Shown: one piece after another, positions 1 through 8,406 of the stretch
Position numbering within the stretch: position 1 is the stretch's first letter
How the letters are laid out: every line of letters starts with the position of its first letter
Source of the DNA: an uncultured Bacilli bacterium
GTDB lineage: Bacteria; Bacillota_I; Bacilli_A; RF39; UBA660
NCBI GenBank assembly: GCA_944363795.1
Contig: CALVVG010000002.1
Coordinates: 1-57,535, forward strand
Reading direction: 5' to 3'
DNA: 57,535 nucleotides
The notes under the pieces: generated by a model
Told to the model about the DNA's origin: nothing
Seen by the model: only the letters and a program-made list of their open reading frames with translations
Databases searched by the model: none
Program-made: the position numbers and the translations under genes

Positions 1-408
1 GGCTTGTTAAATAATAACCAAATAAATGATAAAAACGAATCTAATCCAGACTTAATAGAAGATGATGATATGACAATATTTAATTCAGAGACAATCGGTC
101 TTACAACGAATGCTTGTACCATTTTATTACAATACTTTGCTATGCTTTATAATGACATGACAGATAGCAAAGATGCTTATGAAGATAATGGAAATATTTT
201 AGGAATTAATTACAACAAGGAAGATAAAAAATTTGCATCTAAATTTGAAAAGTTAAATTTCAATGAGAAACTAGATGTATTTAGTGAAATTATAATCAGA
301 TATGATAATGAAACGTATTTTAATGATAAAACTTTAGTGTTGTCGTTTGATTCAAAGTTAAGCGGATATGATATTGCTCTTCTCATTGGCAAATTAAAAG
401 AAAAATAA
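1..408 (+). CDS. hypothetical protein, probably truncated at the left window edge (frame open from nt 1)
   Basis: ORF track 4..408. No stop upstream in frame to nt 1. No recognisable motif. Lies upstream of the serine recombinase inside the island. Confidence 0.4.
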   Translation, partial: GLLNNNQINDKNESNPDLIEDDDMTIFNSETIGLTTNACTILLQYFAMLYNDMTDSKDAYEDNGNILGINYNKEDKKFASKFEKLNFNEKLDVFSEIIIRYDNETYFNDKTLVLSFDSKLSGYDIALLIGKLKEK

Positions 409-485
409 TAATTGATACTGTTTTATAAAGAAATCGTAGAAATACGATTTTTTTATATGGAGAAAAATAATTCTAAAAGGTGTAT

Positions 486-671
486 ATGCAAGTAAATGTG
501 AAAGATGAAAAATTTGAATTGGATGATAAAACTAAAGAAGAATTAAACGCAAGAATTGTTATTGCATTATTCAAGATAATGTACAATCAAAATAAAATTT
601 CAAAAAAAGAATACAATTCTCTAGTATTAAAGACTTGTCGCACATTTAATATAAAAAAAGATTTGTGTTAA
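486..671 (+). CDS. small hypothetical protein (61 aa)
   Basis: ORF 480..671. ATG at 486 follows AAAAGG at 475-480. No recognisable domain. Confidence 0.3.
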   Translation: MQVNVKDEKFELDDKTKEELNARIVIALFKIMYNQNKISKKEYNSLVLKTCRTFNIKKDLC

Positions 672-701
672 ATTTATTTTAAGAAGGGATGTGAAGAAAC
701 T

Positions 702-2528
702 ATGTCTAGAACAGTTGCAATATATGCAAGAGTATCTACTGAACATGAGGCTCAATTATCTGCGCTTGATAATCAGGTTCAATATTATGATGGCATTTTA
801 TCTTCGCATCCAGATTGGAAATTGTATAAAAGATATATTGATGAAGGAATTACTGGAACTTCAATAAAAAAGAGAAAAAACTTTTTAAAGATGATGGAAG
901 ATGCTAATAATGGATGTTTTGATCTAATTATTACTCGTGAAGTATCACGTTTTGCTAGAAATACTGTTGACACGTTACAAGAAACGAGAAAGTTAAAGAA
1001 AATTGGAGTGGAAGTATATTTTACTGAAGATAATATTTGGACTTTTAATGATGAAGATGGTGAATTAAAATTAACAATAATGGCAACTCTTGCACAAAAC
1101 GAAAGTAAGAAAACATCGCAAAGAGTAAAAGCAGGTCAAAAAATTTCTTTTGAAAATGGTGTGATATATGGTACAGGTAATATTTTAGGTTATGATAAAA
1201 TAGGTAAAGAAATGATAGTTAATGATGAGCAATCTAAAACTGTAAAATTTATATTTGAATCATATTTAAAAGGTATGGGCTTAACTGAAATTAAAGACAA
1301 ATTAGAATCTATGGGACACAAAACTGCTACTGGTTTAAGTAGGTGGAATGTATCTTGTATAAATAGAGTTTTAAAAAATCCGTTTTATTGTGGAACTATT
1401 GTATATAGAAAGAGTTATGTTCCTGATTATCTAGAACAAAAACCAAAGAAAAATAATGGCGAGGTCGAACAAGTAATTAAAGAGGGTAAACATCAGCCAT
1501 TGGTTTCTAAAGAAGATTTCAATAAAGTTCAAGAGTTAATTAAAAGTCATTCAACTTGTAAAGAAAAAAAGGATGATAAAATTGGAAGTGGGATTCCAAA
1601 AAGTGTTTGGAGCAAAAAACTATTATGTGAATGTGGTTCTTCATTTAATAGAAGAACATATCATAAAAAAGATGATGGCTCTATAACATTTGCCTATCAT
1701 TGTTATAAACAAAAAAACATGGGATCATTAAGAAGTAGGCTAAAAAAAGGTTTGAGCATAGATGGAGCTTGTGATACTCCTATGGTTCAAGAATGGAAAT
1801 TATATTTAATGGCAAATGTGGTATTTAATTTAATATGGAATGATAAGGAACAAATAATTAATATTGCTAATAAATTGATTGATGAAACAATAATTGAAGA
1901 AGATTATAGCAATGAATTAGATGAAAAAATTACTGAAAATAACAAAAAAATTGAATTTTATAAAAATAAACAATCAAAATTGTTAGAATTATATTTAAGT
2001 GAAATGATAAATAAGGATATTTATATAAAGAAGAAAGAGGAATTAGATATTAGTATTTCACGAATGACTAAAGAGAACAATGAATTAATATTAAAAAAAG
2101 GGATTCCAAAAAATATTCTTAAAGATAAAATTAAAAATTTAAAACAATGTATAATAGATAATTTAAATTATCATGAAAATAATGTATCGGATGATATAAT
2201 AGATAATTTTGTCGAAAAAATTATTGTTCATAAAGATAAATTTGAGTGGAAATTAGCCTATTTAAATGATATAATAGATATGAATATAAATGGACGTCAA
2301 AAGTCATCAAAACTTGACTTATATGTAAATAATATTCTTTTGCGTTCCGAACAAGGATGTGGCACAAGCAAGTATCCGTCAAAAGGCAAACAAATAGGCA
2401 GTGAGAAAAGATTCTTTTTAACCCGTATAATCCTTACAAAAGATGATATTTTAAGATATTCAGATGAAGAGGAAGATACTAGTTTTATAAAATTAAAAAA
2501 GCCTATTATAATTGATATTTATATATAA
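702..2528 (+). CDS. large serine recombinase (resolvase/invertase catalytic domain, recombinase domain, zinc ribbon, coiled coil)
   Basis: N-terminus MSRTVAIYARVSTEHEAQLSALDNQ carries the catalytic-Ser motif YARVS. ITREVSRFARN and ESKKTSQRVKAG match the resolvase core. Cys cluster CECGSSFNRR...HCYKQ is present. Length is 608 aa. Confidence 0.9.
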   Translation: MSRTVAIYARVSTEHEAQLSALDNQVQYYDGILSSHPDWKLYKRYIDEGITGTSIKKRKNFLKMMEDANNGCFDLIITREVSRFARNTVDTLQETRKLKKIGVEVYFTEDNIWTFNDEDGELKLTIMATLAQNESKKTSQRVKAGQKISFENGVIYGTGNILGYDKIGKEMIVNDEQSKTVKFIFESYLKGMGLTEIKDKLESMGHKTATGLSRWNVSCINRVLKNPFYCGTIVYRKSYVPDYLEQKPKKNNGEVEQVIKEGKHQPLVSKEDFNKVQELIKSHSTCKEKKDDKIGSGIPKSVWSKKLLCECGSSFNRRTYHKKDDGSITFAYHCYKQKNMGSLRSRLKKGLSIDGACDTPMVQEWKLYLMANVVFNLIWNDKEQIINIANKLIDETIIEEDYSNELDEKITENNKKIEFYKNKQSKLLELYLSEMINKDIYIKKKEELDISISRMTKENNELILKKGIPKNILKDKIKNLKQCIIDNLNYHENNVSDDIIDNFVEKIIVHKDKFEWKLAYLNDIIDMNINGRQKSSKLDLYVNNILLRSEQGCGTSKYPSKGKQIGSEKRFFLTRIILTKDDILRYSDEEEDTSFIKLKKPIIIDIYI

Positions 2529-2720
2529 ATTAGACTAAGATAAAGTTATCTTGGTCTTTTTTGTGCAAAAAATAAATATTTTGCGACAAAAAAAAGGAGG
2601 TGAAAAAAATGCGATATTTATCTTTAAAACCAAAGTTAAAAGATTTGACGCAAGGATCAAGAATTGCTTTTGCAAGACAATTCAGAAAATTTACTCAAGA
2701 TGAAGTTTCAGAAAAGTTAG
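2434..2720 (+). repeat. direct repeat copy 1 (recombinase last ~95 nt, terminator hairpin, 5' third of HTH gene)
   Basis: By-eye alignment to 6347..6640. About 90% identity over the last 97 nt of the recombinase ORF. Same AGACTAAGAT hairpin stem. About three quarters identity over the first ~110 nt of the HTH ORF. Confidence 0.8.
2532..2563 (+). terminator. intrinsic terminator after the recombinase gene
   Basis: Hairpin AGACTAAGATA-aagt-TATCTTGGTCT followed by a T-run. Confidence 0.7.
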
Positions 2721-3142
2721 GGTTAACTGGAGAAAATAAAAGAGTAAATATGACAAGATATGAAAAAGGTGAAAGAACACCTAAAGACGATAGACTTATT
2801 GAAATTGCTAATATTTTAAAAATTAATCATCATTCTATTGAAAAATATAATTTTGAAAATCCCTTGGATATAGTTTATATATTTATGTGGTTAGAAGAAT
2901 TATATCCTAAAATGAATATTGATTTGGCAATGTCAGAACAACTTCAAAATAAAACAAATACTTTAATTAGAAATTTCATAAAAGAATGGCAACAAAATAA
3001 ACAAAAAAGAGAAAAGCGAGAAATAAGTTACGAAGAGTATATTGAATGGAAATTAACTTTTATATTAGATACTATAGAGTTACAAATTATTGGTAAAAAT
3101 AAAAGAAATAGTTACGTAAGTAATTATATAAAGAAAATTTAG
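2609..3142 (+). CDS. XRE-family helix-turn-helix transcriptional regulator
   Basis: AGGAGG at 2595-2600, ATG at 2609. GSRIAFARQFRKFTQDEVSEKLGL...NMTRYEKGERTP has an HTH_3-like pattern. Confidence 0.75.
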   Translation: MRYLSLKPKLKDLTQGSRIAFARQFRKFTQDEVSEKLGLTGENKRVNMTRYEKGERTPKDDRLIEIANILKINHHSIEKYNFENPLDIVYIFMWLEELYPKMNIDLAMSEQLQNKTNTLIRNFIKEWQQNKQKREKREISYEEYIEWKLTFILDTIELQIIGKNKRNSYVSNYIKKI

Positions 3143-3201
3143 TTGAAATATAGTCTTTTTAACCTTTATTTGATAAAATAAATCACTAAGAGGTGATTTG
3201 T

Positions 3202-4473
3202 GTGATAGAAAGCATATATATTAAAAATTTCAAAAAATTCGATAGAGAAACTATAAAAATAGAACAACATAATATTTTTATTGGAGAAAACGATTCTGGT
3301 AAAAGCACAGTACTACAGGCGTTAGATATTTTCTTTAATCAGGAAAAAATTGAAAAAATATTTGCTAGAAATCAATCAGAGCCTATTGAAATAGGAATAA
3401 GATACAATGGTGTCATGTACAAGAAAATTTATAGTGGAGCTACTTATAGAGTAACAGAAATACCTGAAAACATAGATGATTTAAATAATATTAAATACAT
3501 TTATATTCCGGTAGGAAAATATAATGTATCAGAAATAATACAACAACTATCAATAGCTAAAGTGTTAGAAAATACTAATAAAGAACTTCTCGATGAGTTA
3601 AAAAGAATATCCCAGAACTCAATTAATGAAGTAATCAGTGGAATAGATAAAGATTTGATAGTTTTGAATCAAGATACAACCAATATCCTAGGAAAAGAAA
3701 AATTTTCATATAATTCTAGTCTTAAGTTTGCAGTAGAAACTGATGGAGTAAGTGTTGAAGCTAGAGGATCAGGATTTCAAAAGAATCTTTTATATGCTTT
3801 GCTCATTGGAAATCAATATAATAACGTTATATTAGGAATTGATGAAATAGAAAATTCATTTTCAGTTAATAACGCAAAAGCTATAATAAAAAACATACAT
3901 GAAAGAATTGGGCAAACATTATTTACTACACATTCTCCACAAATACTTAACGCAAGAAATAATGCTAATATTCACCCGCTATTTAGTGATAACAACAAAT
4001 CATTAATAGAATTGCTTGAATCTTTAGATGATACCAATAATAAGGATTATGTATTAGTAGAAGGTCTTTATGATTTGAATTGGGTTAAGACAGCAATAAA
4101 TCTATTAGGAAAATCAAATGAATATATTGTTTTACCAAGTGGAGGTTGTGGGAATATAGAACACTTAAGAAACGAATTAGAAAGTTATAATAAAAAATGC
4201 TATTTAATAAAAGATGGGGACACTAACGAAGAAAAATCATTATCAAAAGATTGCATAGAACTATATGCGCCATTAGAAGCAATTAACGAAATCTTGGGTT
4301 TAGATTTAAAACATATACCAGTTACAAAAGAAGAGTTCTTTAATTTAACTGAAATTGAAGGTGTTAGAAACAATGAAACAGTTAAAAGTAAGTTATCAAA
4401 AGAAATAAATAAGTATTTAAAATTCGATAATCCATTAGTACAAGAAATAGAAGCATTAATTAGTGATAATTAG
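3202..4473 (+). CDS. ABC/AAA-type ATPase fused to a C-terminal Toprim-like domain (OLD-family / DUF4435-like nuclease candidate)
   Basis: Walker A GENDSGKST. Signature-like RGSGFQKNLLYALL. Walker B ILGIDEIENS. H-loop TTHSP. C-terminal YVLVEGLYD ... IKDGD matches the Toprim E...DxD pattern. Probable GTG start at 3202 after AAGAGGTGA. Confidence 0.65.
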   Translation: MIESIYIKNFKKFDRETIKIEQHNIFIGENDSGKSTVLQALDIFFNQEKIEKIFARNQSEPIEIGIRYNGVMYKKIYSGATYRVTEIPENIDDLNNIKYIYIPVGKYNVSEIIQQLSIAKVLENTNKELLDELKRISQNSINEVISGIDKDLIVLNQDTTNILGKEKFSYNSSLKFAVETDGVSVEARGSGFQKNLLYALLIGNQYNNVILGIDEIENSFSVNNAKAIIKNIHERIGQTLFTTHSPQILNARNNANIHPLFSDNNKSLIELLESLDDTNNKDYVLVEGLYDLNWVKTAINLLGKSNEYIVLPSGGCGNIEHLRNELESYNKKCYLIKDGDTNEEKSLSKDCIELYAPLEAINEILGLDLKHIPVTKEEFFNLTEIEGVRNNETVKSKLSKEINKYLKFDNPLVQEIEALISDN

Positions 4474-4522
4474 AAAAAATTAATTAATACACTATTTTTT
4501 CAAGAAGGGAAATGATATTACT

Positions 4523-5176
4523 ATGAAAAAAAAATTATTAGATTCTATTGAATTATATCATGAAGGTTATGGTGCCGGAGAAGGAACTACAGAATATTAC
4601 GAATATAAATGTCCTTGTGGAAACGGTACCATCATTGAAGAACATGATAATATACCTGGTTTTAGAGAACATGATGTATTTGTCAATTGTTCATATTGTA
4701 ACAAATTATTTTCAGTTAACACATTAAGCAGTGTACGTGATTGGAAATTAGATGGTTTCTTTGTAAAAGGGCTAACAAATTCAAAAATAAGGTTAGATGA
4801 AGGACTTAAAAACTTTGATGTAGGTATTTCTCTTATAAATTTTTTTGAGTTTCTTAGTTGGACTTTTTCTATTAGAGAAAAGTGTAATATAAATAATGAA
4901 GAGAATGCATGTTTTTATTCTTTAAAAGATGTGTTGAATTTGCTAAAACACGACTATGATTTAATACAACTTAATTTTTTGATTACCAATAAATATATCA
5001 CAAAACCTATAAAAGATAATGAGGCGAATATGATTGTATTTGGAGATATTTCATCAGTTGAGAATATCGGAACAGAGCGATTATCAAGATACAATTCCAA
5101 TCTTTTGAATAGGAGTGTGACTGAAATAACGCAGAAAATCTTTGAGGATACATTGATAATCTATAATAAAAAATAA
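4523..5176 (+). CDS. hypothetical protein with an N-terminal CxC...CxxC zinc-ribbon-like motif
   Basis: YKCPCGNG...VNCSYCNK. 49 nt downstream of the ATPase-Toprim gene on the same strand. The remaining ~150 aa are unrecognised. Confidence 0.5.
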   Translation: MKKKLLDSIELYHEGYGAGEGTTEYYEYKCPCGNGTIIEEHDNIPGFREHDVFVNCSYCNKLFSVNTLSSVRDWKLDGFFVKGLTNSKIRLDEGLKNFDVGISLINFFEFLSWTFSIREKCNINNEENACFYSLKDVLNLLKHDYDLIQLNFLITNKYITKPIKDNEANMIVFGDISSVENIGTERLSRYNSNLLNRSVTEITQKIFEDTLIIYNKK

Positions 5177-5260
5177 TAATGAATTACAATTTGCTAAAAA
5201 CGAAAAAATATTGACATGTACGCAACGGATAGTGATATTGTGTTATTGAGGTGAAAAAAT

Positions 5261-6157
5261 ATGAGATTAAATGAAGTTATTAAGCAAGTTGATTTAAGTA
5301 AAAGGGCAATAAAATTTTATGAAGAAAAAGGTCTATTAAAGACTAAAAGGGATAGTAATGGTTATAGAAATTATACTAAAGATGATATTAGTTTGTTAAA
5401 AGAAATTTCCTCATATAGAAAAATGGGAATAGGTTTAACCGATATTAAAAGAATTTTAACTGATAAAAGCGTACTGAAACAAATTTTAATAGAAAAGAAA
5501 AAAGAAATAACATCTTGCAAAAAAGAATTAGAAGCATTAGAAATGTTTATAGAAAATAATGATATAGAAGAATTTTATAATTCAGTTGATTATAAAACTA
5601 TTGCAGATGCAATTAAAAATTCTATTCCTGGATTTTATGGATATTATTTTTTAAATCATTTTTTACCATATTTACAAATAAAAATTCAAACGCAAGAGCA
5701 ACAAGAGGCATATAATAGGATTATTGAATTCTGGGATAATACAAATATTAGAATTCCCTTTTTAATGAAATTAAATTCTTGGATTATATTTAAAATGAAC
5801 TCTAAAAAATCACTTAAAAGTCAAGCTGAACAACTTGATTCTCAAATCAAGAAATTGCTCGATCCTACTGAACAAGAATACGAAAAGCTAAAGAAAAAAG
5901 TTAATGATGGATATAAGTTGAAAAATAGCATTTTTTATAAATATAGTTTAGCAGGAATAAGTCAAAGAAAGTTTATGAAAGAATTACAAAATAAGGGATA
6001 TAATGATATATTTATTCCAAGTATGATTGCATTATCACCAAAGTATAAAGAATATTATAATGCTTTAATGGCAATTAATAAAAGGATTTGTGATGACTTA
6101 AATCTATATTATGACAGCAATTTTAATTTGATTAAAAAAACTAAAGGAAAGAAATAA
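5261..6157 (+). CDS. MerR-family transcriptional regulator with a long uncharacterised C-terminal domain
   Basis: N-terminus MRLNEVIKQVDLSKRAIKFYEEKGLL...NGYRNYTKDDISLLKEISSYRKMGIGLTDIKRIL is a classic MerR HTH. TTGACA at 5211-5216 lies upstream. Confidence 0.8.
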   Translation: MRLNEVIKQVDLSKRAIKFYEEKGLLKTKRDSNGYRNYTKDDISLLKEISSYRKMGIGLTDIKRILTDKSVLKQILIEKKKEITSCKKELEALEMFIENNDIEEFYNSVDYKTIADAIKNSIPGFYGYYFLNHFLPYLQIKIQTQEQQEAYNRIIEFWDNTNIRIPFLMKLNSWIIFKMNSKKSLKSQAEQLDSQIKKLLDPTEQEYEKLKKKVNDGYKLKNSIFYKYSLAGISQRKFMKELQNKGYNDIFIPSMIALSPKYKEYYNALMAINKRICDDLNLYYDSNFNLIKKTKGKK

Positions 6158-6247
6158 ATTACAATTTATCAAGTAGACGAAAAAAATATTTTTTGGTATA
6201 ATTAACATACATATTAAAAAAATAAGTCAAATAGTATTCGTTTTTGA

Positions 6248-6442
6248 GGAAAAACACCCCACGAATATGACAGTGGTACAAGCCACAATAAAATCTGCTG
6301 AGAAAAATCAATAGAACATAAAAAAGTGATTTTTGCTAGATTAATGCTTACAAAAAAAGATATTTTAAAATATTGTGATGAAGAGGAAGATACTAGTTTT
6401 ATAAAATTAAAAAAGCCAATTATTGTTAATATCTATATATAA
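6248..6442 (+). pseudogene. 3' remnant of a related large serine recombinase gene
   Basis: Translation GKTPHEYDSGTSHNKIC*EKSIEHKKVIFARLMLTKKDILKYCDEEEDTSFIKLKKPIIVNIYI aligns to the last ~65 aa of the intact recombinase. In-frame stop at 6299-6301. The upstream ~540 codons are absent. Confidence 0.65.
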
Positions 6443-6640
6443 ACGAAGACTAAGATGACTTATATGTCGTAAATCTTAGTCTTTTTCTATGATATGCGAC
6501 AAGAAATTGGAGGATTGTAAAATGCGATTAATTTATACTAAACCAAAATTAAAAGATTTATCACAAGGTTCTAGAATTGCTTTTGCAAGGCAATTTAGAT
6601 ATATGACACAAGATAATGTATCTGATAAATTAAGATTAAT
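6347..6640 (+). repeat. direct repeat copy 2 (decayed)
   Basis: See copy 1. Translated tail LTKKDILKYCDEEEDTSFIKLKKPIIVNIYI matches LTKDDILRYSDEEEDTSFIKLKKPIIIDIYI. Confidence 0.8.
6447..6487 (+). terminator. terminator hairpin homologous to 2532..2563
   Basis: AGACTAAGAT ... ATCTTAGTCT followed by TTTTT. Confidence 0.6.
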
Positions 6641-6765
6641 TGGGAATTTAAAGAAAGACTATGACAAGATATAGAAATGAGGATAAAGCTTTAAAGTTTA
6701 ATAGAACTTTTGAAGCTAATTGTGAAATAGTTAATGGTGTATATTATAATCTAATTAATAAATAA
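6522..6765 (+). pseudogene. frameshifted XRE-family HTH gene, paralog of 2609..3142
   Basis: MRLIYTKPKLKDLSQGSRIAFARQFRYMTQDNVSDKL matches the N-terminus of the intact copy. The conserved MTRY segment continues in the +1 frame from 6661 (MTRYRNEDKALKF...), implying a frameshift in the A-rich run near 6650-6660. Confidence 0.65.
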
Positions 6766-7029
6766 TATAGAAATGATAGAATTTATGATTTAGAACCATG
6801 AATGAAAGTATCAAATATATTATTTAAATTTATTTATTTTTGTGCTAAAAATAAATAAATTATGTTGAATATTTATTTTACAAATTTTAGTTCTTGAAAT
6901 ATGATGGTAAATAATATAATATTATGTATAGAAAGCGAGAATATTATGAGTTTTTAGCATTGGTTTATGTAATTAATTAAGAAAGTAGGTAAATTTACAT
7001 TTTTAAGTGTTATTCGAAACGTATATTAG

Positions 7030-7164
7030 AATGAGAAAGACGAAATACCTTTTTCTACTGGTTATATTTCTAAAGCAGATTTGGATAAAATTATCAAATT
7101 TTGGAATATTAAAATACAAGATTTAAAAAATTTTAAATTATTTGACGAAAGGATTTGGAACTAA
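7030..7164 (+). pseudogene. start-less fragment resembling the middle part of the island HTH proteins
   Basis: Frame reads ...PFSTGYISKADLDKIIKFWNIKIQDLKNFKLFDERIWN*, comparable to PKDDRLIEIANILKINHHSIEKYNFENP in the 2609..3142 product. No start codon. Its stop abuts the ATG of the next gene. Confidence 0.3.
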
Positions 7165-7425
7165 ATGATTGATATTAGATTTGAAAAGGAAAATAATAGA
7201 GCAATAGCAATAATTGATAATAAGGTGATTGGAAAATGTAATTTTTTGATTGAAAATAATACTTGGAATATTATTAATACAAAAGTTGACTCAACTTATC
7301 AAGGCCAAGGTATAGCAAAAGATTTAGTTACTTGTGTGATTGAAAACGCCAAGAAAGAAAATTGTGTTGTTATTGCTGATTGTTCTTATGCTAATAAAAT
7401 CATAAATATCAATCGAAAAGAGTAA
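7165..7425 (+). CDS. small GNAT-like N-acetyltransferase-fold protein (YjdJ-type)
   Basis: 86 aa. QGQGIAKDLV ... ADCSYA pattern is typical of the short GNAT-like family. Confidence 0.55.
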   Translation: MIDIRFEKENNRAIAIIDNKVIGKCNFLIENNTWNIINTKVDSTYQGQGIAKDLVTCVIENAKKENCVVIADCSYANKIININRKE

Positions 7426-7552
7426 GCTATGAAATAGTAAGTCAGTTTATATTCGGTTTGGATACCTTAAGAAAGAATCCATTGAATGTGACTATGGTAC
7501 AATCTGCCATTAAAGAGCATAAGAATATTTATGAATGAAAATTAAAAATTAT

Positions 7553-7582
7553 GAAAAGAGTTGAAAAAGGCTCTTTTTTTAT
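7553..7582 (+). terminator. weak hairpin plus T-run at the island/chromosome transition
   Basis: AAAAGAG-ttgaaaaagg-CTCTTTTTTT. Confidence 0.35.
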
Positions 7583-7674
7583 TACTATAAAAACAATTAT
7601 ACAATTGTATTATTTTATATCAAACGAGACAAATTTTTAAATATCTAAAATGTAGTTAAAAAAAGGAAAATAGT

Positions 7675-8406
7675 TTGTTTAAGGAAATAATAGTGGTGAA
7701 AGGAGGTCGTAAAATAAAAATATTAGATAATAAATTATTTATAATTGCAATATATATTATTTTAGTATTAATTATTACTAGTTTGCTGATTTTTGCTTTT
7801 TATTTATATAATAAACCTATAAATAATTCAATAGCAACAGCAGATATGCAGAAAGAACATGAAATGGATTTGGAAGAAATAAATGATGAAGTACCAAAAA
7901 TGTATGTTGAGGTAAAAGGAGCTATTAATAAACCGGGTGTATATGAAGTTACGAGTAATAATATTATTAATGATGTAATTAATTTTGCAGGAGGATTAAA
8001 GGAAAATGCTTATACAGATAATATAAATTTTAGTAAAAAAGTTAGTGATGAATTAGTTATTTATGTATATACTAAAAGTGAGTATGTCAAAAACAATAAA
8101 GTTACAAGTGAATGCAATACAGATAGTTACCTAATTGATAATTGTACTGAAAGTAAAGTTAGTATTATTACTGCTACTGAAAATAATAATGATAATAATG
8201 ATAATAATGAATCATTGTTAATTAATATAAATCTGGCTACACTAGATCAATTAATTACATTGCCAGGAATTGGTGAAAGTAAAGCTAATAATATAATCGC
8301 TTATAGAGAAGAAAAAGGATTTTTTAATACTATCAATGATTTAAAAAATGTTAGTGGAATTGGAGATGCAACATTCGAGCAGCTTAAAAAGTTTATTACA
8401 GTATAA
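7675..8406 (+). CDS. comEA: competence protein ComEA (membrane-anchored helix-hairpin-helix DNA receptor)
   Basis: N-terminal TM segment. SLBB-like VEVKGAINKPGVYEV. C-terminal HhH LDQLITLPGIGESKANNIIAYREEKGFFNTINDLKNVSGIGDATFEQLK. The TTG start is uncertain. Confidence 0.85.
   Translation: MFKEIIVVKGGRKIKILDNKLFIIAIYIILVLIITSLLIFAFYLYNKPINNSIATADMQKEHEMDLEEINDEVPKMYVEVKGAINKPGVYEVTSNNIINDVINFAGGLKENAYTDNINFSKKVSDELVIYVYTKSEYVKNNKVTSECNTDSYLIDNCTESKVSIITATENNNDNNDNNESLLININLATLDQLITLPGIGESKANNIIAYREEKGFFNTINDLKNVSGIGDATFEQLKKFITV

Larger units (their letters stand above)
1..7560 (+). mobile_element. composite integrative island: one intact serine-recombinase unit plus two decayed related units. 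The left end lies outside the window and the right end is near 7510-7560.
   Basis: Intact recombinase at 702..2528. Recombinase 3' remnants at about 6224-6442 and about 7435-7510. Duplicated terminator and HTH 5' region. Pseudogenes are present. Conserved comEA operon starts at 7675. Confidence 0.6.

Noticed and set aside
6489-6674. 61-aa ORF from the track, treated as an intact small gene
   Set aside because: It is the 5' part of a frameshifted paralog of the 2609..3142 HTH gene. Homology continues in another frame from 6661, so it was called a pseudogene instead.
8170-8215. Short tandem repeat (GATAATAAT x3-4) as a possible repeat array
   Set aside because: It lies inside comEA and simply encodes an Asn/Asp-rich linker (NNNDNNDNNE). 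It is not a CRISPR or intergenic repeat.
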